From positions 74,121 through 138,120 of the forward strand of contig CAYQPO010000002.1 in assembly GCA_964420015.1 (NCBI GenBank): a stretch of 64,000 nucleotides of DNA, read 5' to 3'. Both the position numbers and the translations under genes were made by a program. Source of the stretch: an uncultured Candidatus Saccharibacteria bacterium (GTDB lineage Bacteria; Patescibacteriota; Minisyncoccia; Phycocordibacterales; SBAW01). The notes below the pieces were generated by a model that saw nothing but the letters and a program-made list of their open reading frames with translations, did not search any database and was not told where the DNA came from. Shown here one piece after another: positions 56,165-64,000 of the stretch (positions within the stretch are counted from its first letter, which is position 1; the number at the start of each line of letters is the position of its first letter).

Positions 56165-56491
56165 GCGCGCGTCTGTAAGCCGAATTCTGTCCTGCCTGCC
56201 GGCAAGCAGGCGTGAACAATAATTTATCTGGGCCCAGAGTTGCCTCTGGGCTCGAGCGGCACTCCTGATTGCTCAGGCACGGCCTTGCTCGACACCAAGT
56301 ATTTAGCCGTTTCACCCGCACACTTCCTTATTCAGAAGGCCTGCGGCTCGTCTCTGTTCGCAACTCTTACGCCCGCAGAGAGCGTATGACGGGGGTTACC
56401 CGCTGGCGTCTTAACCCTTGCGATATTGCTACCGAGGGTGCGAGTTCGGACTTTCCTCCCCGGGGTTAACCGGAGCTACTGTTCAACGCGC
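56165..56491 (-). ncRNA. rnpB: RNase P RNA
   Basis: On the minus strand: GAGGAAAGTCCG (P4 5'), GAAACGG..AA...GAGCAAG, AGATAAAT, ACAGAATTCGGCTTAC (P4 3'), and P1 GCGCGTT/GACGCGC. Confidence 0.95.
56191..56210. repeat. 20-bp palindromic element, copy 2, inside rnpB
   Basis: CCTGCCTGCCGGCAAGCAGG directly adjacent to the conserved ACAGAA..CGGCTTA. Confidence 0.8.
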
Positions 56492-56624
56492 TAAAAGTAT
56501 TGTATCACTTATCCACACTTTTTGCATCCTTTTGAGTGAGGCGGGGGTATAGTTAAGTTAGTCCGTTGTTCGAAAATTATTACTAGCGCAGGGGTATCGT
56601 GCCTCTGTACTTATTGTTATCGCT

Positions 56625-58961
56625 ATGTATACACGACTCGTGTCGTGGTCCAGATACGTGTTCCTCGCGGGCATAGTGCTCGCCTTGGTGCTCGTTATCC
56701 CGACCGCGTGGTTCCCGTTCCAATTATCCAAGGTTGCGGCTTTCGCCACTCTCTTGGCTGTAGCCGCACTACTCTATGTTGTAGGCGGTGGTGCGCGCGA
56801 CCTATGGCGCACCCATGGTCTTTATCCGGCCCTCTTGGTCGGCTTTTTGCCGCTGGTGTATTTGGTCTCATACTTTACCTCTGCCGACCGCTCGATAGGG
56901 TTGATCGGCTACGGGGTCGAGACCGACACGGTGCTCTTTACCTTCCTGCTCGCGCTTAGTTACGTGCTTTCGTTCAATTACTTTAGGACGTTGCGCACTG
57001 CGCGCATGCTCACTATGGTGGTCTTCTGGGCTCTTGTAGCCGCAGCAGCGTTCCAGGGGATCTCGATCCTCTTTGGAAGCTCCGTGATCCCATTCCAGAC
57101 CTTTGCCGATCGCTCAGTCAACCTGGTGGGCAAATGGAACGATCTTGGCTTGCTGTGCAGTTTGTTGGTATTGCTCGTATGCGTGCGTCTCGAATTCTCA
57201 ACGCAAAGTATGGCTTTGCGCGCAGTGAGTTACCTCGGTGCAGCACTCTTGGTAGTGCTCATGGCGTTCGTCAACTTTCCGCTTTCGTGGCAGTTTATGC
57301 TTGCGGGGAGCATCGTGCTCGGCCTTTTGGCGCTGATGCGCCGTCGGCAGGAGCGCCTGCCTGCGCAGGCGGGCGGCGATGCGCCTTTGCGTTGGCGCGC
57401 GGCGACTCCGTGGTTTGCGCTCGCCGGTATCGTTATTTCGATTATCTTCTTACTCTATGGTACGCAAATAAACACCTCACTCACGGGGACATTTCCGGTC
57501 TCTTCGCTCGAGGTGCGCCCCGGTTTGCAGTCGACCTTAGATGTACTGAGCGGTGTGCGCACCAATGTGAGCCGCACGCTGGTCGGCACGGGTCCTAACA
57601 CCTTTGGTGAGGTCTGGCTCGCGCAGAAACCGAGTGCGGTCAACCAAACGCCGTTCTGGAATCTCGACTTCAACGTTGGTTATTCAACACTCGCGACCGC
57701 TTTTGGTACGGTGGGTCTTTTGGGCGCGCTCGCCTGGTTAATTCCGCTTATCCTCATTATTGTTTCGGTCACGCGCGTGATGCGCTTGGGCGTCTTGTCG
57801 CGCGATGAGCGCATGGTGGCGCTCACGCTCAGCGCAGGCAGTATCTTCCTTATTGCAGCGACGGTGTTCTATGTCCCGAGCCAAAATATCATCTTGCTCA
57901 CCTTCGTACTCTCGGGTGCAGCGTTCGGGTTCTTCTCTCGCCAAGGGCGCAGTGCTGTTGATGAGGCACAAGGTTCGACCATGCTCGGAGGTGTCGCGGT
58001 ACTCTGTCTTGCTGCACTGCTTTTGGTGGGGACAATTGGTTTAGCCTATCTTACGACAAGACGCTTTGTAGCCGAGAGCTACGTCGGTTTAGGCCAACAG
58101 GCGCTTGCGGGAGGTGCCGCTACAGAGGCACTTATGTACGCCAGCAAAGCTAACCACGCCGAGCTCACGGCCGACGGCTTGCGCCTGCAAGTAAACGCAG
58201 GGGGCACCAAACTTAACCAAATTGCTCAGGATAAAAGTCTTAAACAAGAAGACGCAACCAAGCAGTTTACCGACACGGTGCAGAGCACCATTACTGCTGG
58301 GCAGGCTGCGGTGGTGCTTACGCCGCGCGACTACCGGCCGTACTTCGCGCTCGCGAGCGTCTACGACCTACTCGCTTCGCTCAACGTCACCGGCGCCTAT
58401 GAGAGCGCTCAAGGCGCCTACCAAGCTGCCCAAACCTTCAACCCCACGAGCCCGGCTATTCCGCTTGCGCTTGCACGGCTCGAGGCGCTACACGGCAACG
58501 CGCAGGGGTTGCAGACCAACCTCTCTAGAGCCTTGACCCTTAAACCCGACTACACCGACGCGATTCTCTTTGTGGTGCAGATAGACGTGGCGCGTAACGA
58601 CCTCAACTCGGCGATCCGCGACACGCAGACAGCAGTCCAGACCGCTCCAGGGGTACCCTCGATCTGGTTTGAGTTGGGCCTCCTGTACTACGCCGGCAAT
58701 GACACCAAAGACGCGGTCCCGGCTCTTGAGCAAGCCTTAAAACTCTCTCCCAACTACGCCAACGCTAAGTACTTCCTCGGGCTCTCGTATTACGCACAAG
58801 GCAACAAAGATGGGTCGCTGCAGCTCTTCCAGCAATTGGCGCAGAGCAACCCCGACAACCAGACAGTCAAAGCGATCCTCGCGAACCTGCAGAGCGGCAA
58901 AGCTCCGCTTACTGGCTTACAGCAGCCCCCGCCGCAGCCGAGCTCTCCCGTGACCCAATAG
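56625..58961 (+). CDS. O-antigen ligase-like polytopic membrane protein with C-terminal TPRs
   Basis: About 12 TM segments, G.GP.TF, G.LG; TPR motifs P.Y.NA.Y.LGL.Y. Confidence 0.8.
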   Translation: MYTRLVSWSRYVFLAGIVLALVLVIPTAWFPFQLSKVAAFATLLAVAALLYVVGGGARDLWRTHGLYPALLVGFLPLVYLVSYFTSADRSIGLIGYGVETDTVLFTFLLALSYVLSFNYFRTLRTARMLTMVVFWALVAAAAFQGISILFGSSVIPFQTFADRSVNLVGKWNDLGLLCSLLVLLVCVRLEFSTQSMALRAVSYLGAALLVVLMAFVNFPLSWQFMLAGSIVLGLLALMRRRQERLPAQAGGDAPLRWRAATPWFALAGIVISIIFLLYGTQINTSLTGTFPVSSLEVRPGLQSTLDVLSGVRTNVSRTLVGTGPNTFGEVWLAQKPSAVNQTPFWNLDFNVGYSTLATAFGTVGLLGALAWLIPLILIIVSVTRVMRLGVLSRDERMVALTLSAGSIFLIAATVFYVPSQNIILLTFVLSGAAFGFFSRQGRSAVDEAQGSTMLGGVAVLCLAALLLVGTIGLAYLTTRRFVAESYVGLGQQALAGGAATEALMYASKANHAELTADGLRLQVNAGGTKLNQIAQDKSLKQEDATKQFTDTVQSTITAGQAAVVLTPRDYRPYFALASVYDLLASLNVTGAYESAQGAYQAAQTFNPTSPAIPLALARLEALHGNAQGLQTNLSRALTLKPDYTDAILFVVQIDVARNDLNSAIRDTQTAVQTAPGVPSIWFELGLLYYAGNDTKDAVPALEQALKLSPNYANAKYFLGLSYYAQGNKDGSLQLFQQLAQSNPDNQTVKAILANLQSGKAPLTGLQQPPPQPSSPVTQ

Positions 58962-59020
58962 TCCCCAGAAAAGCAAAGAAATAAGATGGCATTTGGGCGA
59001 AGCGATGGTATCTTCTCTCT

Positions 59021-60724
59021 ATGAGCCCAAAGCAGCTTGCGTCGCGCGGCATGAAAGCACTCCTGTTTGTCGTCGCTCGCGAGACTCGGGGTATGCACGA
59101 AGCTGCCTACATATTGGCAGCTTTCGCATTGCTTAGTCAGCTGCTCGCCTTGCTACGCGACCGTTTGCTCGCGGGCACCTTTGGCGCTTCGCACACACTC
59201 GACCTTTACTACGCAGCGTTTCGCATCCCGGACTTTTTATTTGCCACAGTGGCCTCACTCTTGTCGCTCTATGCACTTTTGCCCGTGCTCTCGCGGCTCG
59301 AGCGTGAGCACGAAGGGTTGGTGGTGGCGTTTTTACGCGACACGCTGTGGTGGTTTTTTGTGGGGATGGGAGTAGTCTGCGGCGTTGCATGGCTCTTTGC
59401 ACCCGAGCTGGTACACGCGATAGCACCTGGGCTTGAGGGTTCGGGCGAGCTCGTATTGCTTACGCGCATTTTGCTCTTGCAGCCGATATTGCTCGGAGCG
59501 TCAAACATTTTGGCCAACCTTACGCAGCTGCGCGATCGTTTTTTGCTCTATTCAATCTCGCCCTTGCTCTACAATCTCGGGATTATTTTTGGCATCGTAG
59601 CACTCTACCCGATACTTGGCGTGGCGGGGCTAGGGTGGGGAGTAGTGGTGGGAGCATTTTTGCACATGGCAGTGCAGTTGCCGTTTTTTACTCGTGAAAA
59701 AGTTGATCAGAAACTCTCGATGCGTGCATCACTCAACTCGCTCAAAGAAGTGTTGCTGCTCTCTGTACCGCGTACGCTCTCGCTTTCGGCTAATCAGCTC
59801 TCGCTCTTGGTGCTCACTGCGCTCGCCTCGCTCTTGAGCGCCGGCTCGATCTCGGTGTTTATGTTTGCGTGGAACTTGCAAGCCGTGCCACTGACCATTA
59901 TTGGTGTTTCGTACTCAGTCTCGGCTTTTCCGACCCTGTCACGGCTCTTTGCTGGGGGGTACGGCAGCGAATTCACCCTGCACGTAGAGACTGCGCTGCG
60001 CCACATTATGTTTTGGTCTATACCGGCCACAGTGCTTACAATTGTGTTGCGCGCACAACTAGTGCGTGCGATCCTCGGGGCAGGCCTCTTCGACTGGTCA
60101 GCCACACGTTTGGTGGCAGCGGCGCTCGCGCTTCTTATCCTTTCGCTCCTTGCGCAAGCGGTCTCGCTCCTTATCGCGCGCGCGTACTATGCGGCGGGCA
60201 ACACCCGCAAGCCATTCTATTTTGGCTTGATCGATGTGTTTGTTTCTATTGGCAGTGCGATCATACTCGTCTCACTTTTTCACTCCACACCGTTTGCGCG
60301 TTATTTCTTAGAAGCTTTGTTGCGCGTTGCCGACATCCCCGGCACTACAGTGCTTATGTTGGCGCTCGGACTCGCACTCGGTTCGATCGCTGAGGCTATG
60401 GTGGGGTTTTGGTGGTTTGCGCGCGACTTTGCGCTCTCGTGTCGCGGGCTCACCCGACTTGCGTTCCAAAGTTTTGCCGCAGCCATCTTGGGCGGCGCAG
60501 CGGCCTATGTGGTCCTCACCGTGATTGGTGATTTTGTAAACATTAACACTGCGCTTGGGATTTTTGTCCAAGGCACTGTTGCCGGAATAGTGGGGTTGCT
60601 CATCGACGTGTTGGTTCTTGTGTTGCTTAAAAATCCTGAGTTGCAAGAAGTGTTGGGCGCGCTTATACGCCGCTTCCAAGACGCGCCGCCAGTGGCGCTC
60701 GAGCCCACCGACGTACAGTCATAG
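59021..60724 (+). CDS. murJ: Lipid II flippase MurJ
   Basis: RDR.LA..FG, AF.IPD, P..YN.GI, P...IG.S.....FP.LS, R.YYA...T..P. Confidence 0.9.
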   Translation: MSPKQLASRGMKALLFVVARETRGMHEAAYILAAFALLSQLLALLRDRLLAGTFGASHTLDLYYAAFRIPDFLFATVASLLSLYALLPVLSRLEREHEGLVVAFLRDTLWWFFVGMGVVCGVAWLFAPELVHAIAPGLEGSGELVLLTRILLLQPILLGASNILANLTQLRDRFLLYSISPLLYNLGIIFGIVALYPILGVAGLGWGVVVGAFLHMAVQLPFFTREKVDQKLSMRASLNSLKEVLLLSVPRTLSLSANQLSLLVLTALASLLSAGSISVFMFAWNLQAVPLTIIGVSYSVSAFPTLSRLFAGGYGSEFTLHVETALRHIMFWSIPATVLTIVLRAQLVRAILGAGLFDWSATRLVAAALALLILSLLAQAVSLLIARAYYAAGNTRKPFYFGLIDVFVSIGSAIILVSLFHSTPFARYFLEALLRVADIPGTTVLMLALGLALGSIAEAMVGFWWFARDFALSCRGLTRLAFQSFAAAILGGAAAYVVLTVIGDFVNINTALGIFVQGTVAGIVGLLIDVLVLVLLKNPELQEVLGALIRRFQDAPPVALEPTDVQS

Positions 60725-60764
60725 ATTCCTTTTAAAATGTCACTAAAAATGCTATTTTGATGCG

Positions 60765-62567
60765 GTGAACTATATCCGCAACTTCTCGATCATCGCTCAC
60801 ATCGACCACGGCAAATCGACGCTGGCTGACCGTTTTTTGGAGATTACGCATACCATTGAGGCGCGCAAGATGCGCGAGCAGGTACTCGACTCGATGGACT
60901 TGGAGCGCGAGCGGGGCATCACCATCAAAATGCAACCCGTCAGGATGTTGTGGCGTCCTGACGGCCCCGAGCGAAGCGAGGGGCAAACCTACCAGCTCAA
61001 CCTCATCGACACCCCGGGCCACATCGACTTTAGCTACGAGGTTTCCCGCGCGCTCAGCTGTGTTGAGGGCGCAATTTTGCTTATTGATGCTACGCAGGGT
61101 GTGCAGGCGCAGACGCTTACTACGCTTCGTGCTGCGCGTGAGCACGGGCTGGTGATCATCCCCGCAATCTCCAAAGTAGATTCGCCTCTGGCAAGCGTTG
61201 AGGACACCAAAGAGCAGGTGGCACATTTGCTCGGCGTTGCGCAGAGTGAAATTCTTTTATGTTCTGGCCGCACGGGGCAGGGGGTCGGGGAGTTGCTCAA
61301 GGCAGTAATCGAGCGCATTCCTCCTCCCGCGACTGCAGTTGTTAAAGACGCTCAATCGTTGGTGTTCGATTTTCAATATTCAGATCATCAGGGGGTGATC
61401 GTCTTTTTGCGCATGTTCGGCGGCACAATCAAAAAAGGTGACCAGCTTGAGTTTGCGTTTAGTGGGCGGCGTTTCCAGGCGCTAGAGGTCGGCTCTTTTA
61501 CGCCCAAACCAACGCCCACCGATGTGCTCGTCGAAGGTGAGATCGGCTATGTGGTAACCGGGATCAAAGAGCCGGGTTTTGCCCGTGTGGGCGACACGGT
61601 GCGGGCACAAAAGAGCACCACGCCGCCGCTCCCAGGCTATGCCGAGCCTCGGCCGGTTGTGTGGGCGTCGCTCTACCCAGAATCGCAAGATGACTTTACG
61701 GCGCTTCGCCAAGCACTTTCGCGCTTGCGCCTCTCGGACTCATCGTTGAGCTTCGATGAAGAGTCATCGGGTCTGCTTGGCCGCGGCTTTCGCTGCGGGA
61801 TGCTGGGGATGCTTCACCTCGAGATCGTGACCGAGCGGCTCCGTCGCGAGGCGCATCTTAAGCTCATCGTAACCACCCCGAGCATCGAGTATGAAATCGA
61901 GACCAAAGAGGGTAAGCGCTTTCCGGTTTTCTCTGCGCCGCAATTCCCCGATTATGGGCACATTGCTCGGGTGTGGGAGCCGTTTGTGGAGGTAGAGATA
62001 CTGCTTCCTATGGAGCAAGTGGGCAACACGGTGACACTTTTGTTTGAGCACGAGGCGGTTACCGAAAGTACAGAAAATTTCTCCGAGGGGCGCATCAAAC
62101 TCACGGTCGTGATGCCGCTTAGAGAACTCATGCGCAACTTTTTCGACAAATTAAAGAGTGCAACCTCGGGCTATGCTTCTGTGTCGTATCGCATGCGCGA
62201 GCTACGCTTGGCCGACGTAGCACGCCTCGACATTTTAGTGGCAGAAAAGTTGGTGCCCGCGTTTAGTCGCATTATTGCTAAACATCGGGTGGACGAAGAA
62301 GGGCAGTCAGCAGTAGAAAAGCTCTACACTATCTTGCCTAGGCAAATGTTTACTACCAAGATCCAGGCACAGGCGCTTGGGCGCATCGTCGCCAGCCGCT
62401 CGCTCTCGGCGATGAAAAAGGACGTGACTCAGCATATGTACGGCGGCGACATCACCCGCAAGATGAAACTGCGCGAAAAGCAAAAAAAGGGCAAAAAGAA
62501 GATGCTCGAGCGCGGCAAGGTCAACATCCCCGAGGAAGTGTTTATGAAAATGGTAAAAAGCGAGTAG
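60765..62567 (+). CDS. lepA: Elongation factor 4 (LepA)
   Basis: AHIDHGKSTLADR, LIDTPGH.DF.YEVSR, GFRCG.LG.LH, YGGDITRK.KL.EKQK.GKK. Confidence 0.97.
   Translation: MNYIRNFSIIAHIDHGKSTLADRFLEITHTIEARKMREQVLDSMDLERERGITIKMQPVRMLWRPDGPERSEGQTYQLNLIDTPGHIDFSYEVSRALSCVEGAILLIDATQGVQAQTLTTLRAAREHGLVIIPAISKVDSPLASVEDTKEQVAHLLGVAQSEILLCSGRTGQGVGELLKAVIERIPPPATAVVKDAQSLVFDFQYSDHQGVIVFLRMFGGTIKKGDQLEFAFSGRRFQALEVGSFTPKPTPTDVLVEGEIGYVVTGIKEPGFARVGDTVRAQKSTTPPLPGYAEPRPVVWASLYPESQDDFTALRQALSRLRLSDSSLSFDEESSGLLGRGFRCGMLGMLHLEIVTERLRREAHLKLIVTTPSIEYEIETKEGKRFPVFSAPQFPDYGHIARVWEPFVEVEILLPMEQVGNTVTLLFEHEAVTESTENFSEGRIKLTVVMPLRELMRNFFDKLKSATSGYASVSYRMRELRLADVARLDILVAEKLVPAFSRIIAKHRVDEEGQSAVEKLYTILPRQMFTTKIQAQALGRIVASRSLSAMKKDVTQHMYGGDITRKMKLREKQKKGKKKMLERGKVNIPEEVFMKMVKSE
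60964..60984. repeat. GCCCCGA-N6-CGAGGGGC element in-frame within lepA
   Basis: GCCCCGA-GCGAAG-CGAGGGGC, 21 bp, encoding (G)PERSEG. Confidence 0.7.
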
Positions 62568-62600
62568 TCTTTACTCTGAGCCTAGTTGAGTGACTAGATC

Positions 62601-62705
62601 CTAGAGTGTAAAAGCAAAGGTATAGAGCACCATGGAGAGTATCACCACCACGGCCAAAATGACGCCCCCGACGCGTACCAATCGATCCCTGTTTTTGCCA
62701 AACAT
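62601..62705 (-). CDS. Small membrane peptide (34 aa)
   Basis: Manual translation: MFGKNRDRLVRVGGVILAVVVILSMVLYTFAFTL. Confidence 0.5.
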   Translation of the reverse strand: MFGKNRDRLVRVGGVILAVVVILSMVLYTFAFTL

Positions 62706-62726
62706 GCCTGATAGAATAGCATAGAT

Positions 62727-63116
62727 ATGAGGGAATTTAAAAAACCCGGCCGCCGTGTCCTAGACCCAACCGAGCTCATCAAAAGCGGCGCGTTACTCGT
62801 GCTGCTTTGTGTGTTGGCCTTTTTTGCGGTGCGCGGGGCATTAGGGATGTATAGTAAGTTTGCCGAGGCGGCCGCGGCGCGCTCGTCGGCTGAGAGCGAG
62901 CTTACACAACTACAGCAGCGCTATGGGGTAGTAAAGGCCCAAGTAGAGGAGCTCGGCTCGAGCCGAGGCATAGAGGCCGCGGTGCGCGAGCGCTATGGCT
63001 ATGCTCGCCCGGGCGAAGGTGAGATCGATATTGTCCAACAGGCGAGTACGACCGCACCGAAGCAGGCGCCGCAAAGTTTTTTTGCCAAACTGTGGCGCCT
63101 ACTGTTTGTATGGTAA
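62727..63116 (+). CDS. Septum formation initiator (FtsB/DivIC-like)
   Basis: TM, coiled coil, E...RERYG..RPGE..I.IV. Confidence 0.82.
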   Translation: MREFKKPGRRVLDPTELIKSGALLVLLCVLAFFAVRGALGMYSKFAEAAAARSSAESELTQLQQRYGVVKAQVEELGSSRGIEAAVRERYGYARPGEGEIDIVQQASTTAPKQAPQSFFAKLWRLLFVW

Positions 63117-63132
63117 ATTGTCTTTTGTTCTT

Positions 63133-63206
63133 GCGGAATTAGTTTAGTGGCAGAACTTCTGCTTCCCAAGCAGGTAGCGCGAGTTCGATTCTCGCATTCC
63201 GCACCA
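63133..63206 (+). tRNA. tRNA-Gly(CCC)
   Basis: GCGGAAT/ATTCCGC acceptor, CTGC-TTCCCAA-GCAG anticodon arm, GTTCGAT, encoded CCA. Confidence 0.95.
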
Positions 63207-63210
63207 GGAT

Positions 63211-63489
63211 TTAAAGATACTTTTCTCCATATCGCCGCATGGCGGCTTCGACGGTGCGTAAGCCACGGCCGCGCGCGGTGGCCATGTAGCGGCCTGCGGT
63301 GTTTTTGCGCAGCAAGCCCTCTTTTTCGAGTTTTTTGAGCTTTAGGGTGAGGGTACGAGTCGAAATACCTTCCAGTGAGCGCTCCAGGTCGCAAAACCGC
63401 TGCGGGCCTTCGAGTAGGTCACGGATAATGAGCATCGTCCAGGTGTCGCTTAAGAGCTCAGCGGTTTTTTGTACTGGACAGTCCTCCAT
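63211..63489 (-). CDS. HxlR family winged-helix regulator
   Basis: CPV..T..LL...W...I...L..G..RF..L...L.GIS.RTL...LK.LE..G. Confidence 0.9.
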   Translation of the reverse strand: MEDCPVQKTAELLSDTWTMLIIRDLLEGPQRFCDLERSLEGISTRTLTLKLKKLEKEGLLRKNTAGRYMATARGRGLRTVEAAMRRYGEKYL

Positions 63490-63515
63490 GTCCGCATACT
63501 AGCATGGGGATAAGC

Positions 63516-63532
63516 ACTTTACAATGTAAAGT
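63516..63532. promoter_or_regulatory. Putative HxlR operator
   Basis: Perfect palindrome ACTTTACA-A-TGTAAAGT between divergent genes. Confidence 0.6.
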
Positions 63533-63553
63533 ACTCGTATATACTCTAGGTAT

Positions 63554-64000
63554 ATGGATTATACAACCTTGGCAACAGACCAGAGTATTACTAAAACAGT
63601 AGCCGCGCTCAAAGAGCGCAACATCGAGGCGGTGATAGTAGAAACCAAATTTGACGCATTGGAGAAAATCAAAGAATTGATCCCCCAAGGCGCAAGCGTG
63701 ATGAATGGCTCCTCGACCACACTTGAGGAAATAGGATATGTCGATTATCTCAAGGCGGGGCAGCACGGGTGGCAGAATGTACACGAGATGATCTTGAACG
63801 AAAAAGATCCGCAAAAGCAAAATAACTTGCGCCGGCAGGCACTCCTTGCCGACTACTACCTTGGCTCGGTACACGCGCTTGCGCAGACGGGCGAGATGTT
63901 GATCGCCTCCAACTCGGGGAGCCAATTGCCACACATCGTGTACTCTTCGCCGAACGTTATCTTTGTAGTCAGCACACAAAAAATCATGCCGACGATGCCC
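63554..64000 (+). CDS. LUD domain protein, truncated at right window edge
   Basis: Manual translation: MDYTTLATD...ELIPQGASVMNGSSTTLEEIG...ADYYLGSVHAL...GE...AS.SGSQ. Confidence 0.8.
   Translation, partial: MDYTTLATDQSITKTVAALKERNIEAVIVETKFDALEKIKELIPQGASVMNGSSTTLEEIGYVDYLKAGQHGWQNVHEMILNEKDPQKQNNLRRQALLADYYLGSVHALAQTGEMLIASNSGSQLPHIVYSSPNVIFVVSTQKIMPTMP

Noticed and set aside
56509-56517. DnaA box TTATCCACA as a replication origin
   Set aside because: It is a single box with no cluster and no dnaA/dnaN nearby; similar near-matches are scattered in other intergenic regions.

Overview
This window most likely comes from the chromosome of a Patescibacteria/CPR (Parcubacteria-like) bacterium using genetic code 11; the taxonomy is an inference from gene content. 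Housekeeping genes include prfB, ftsE/ftsX, typA, lexA, msrB, mutY, rnj, secG, groES/groEL, lemA, htpX, murJ, lepA and rnpB, plus 5 intact tRNAs. It also holds a cellulose/beta-glucan-type locus (BcsA-like GT2, GH8, GT2-GtrA), MacAB-like and RND efflux modules, and a sortase next to an LPNTG substrate. The most unusual region is the tRNA-Gln locus at about 7.56-12.3 kb. There, two stand-alone GIY-YIG nuclease genes flank an intact tRNA-Gln(CTG). A hairpin-interrupted tRNA-Gln 5' half lies upstream, and a run of AT-rich cargo genes downstream is punctuated by degenerate copies of the tRNA 3' end, resembling an integron cassette array with no integrase in view. A similar single cassette follows tRNA-Ser. 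Short palindromic elements also occur inside the RNase P RNA gene, in-frame in lepA, and within terminators.
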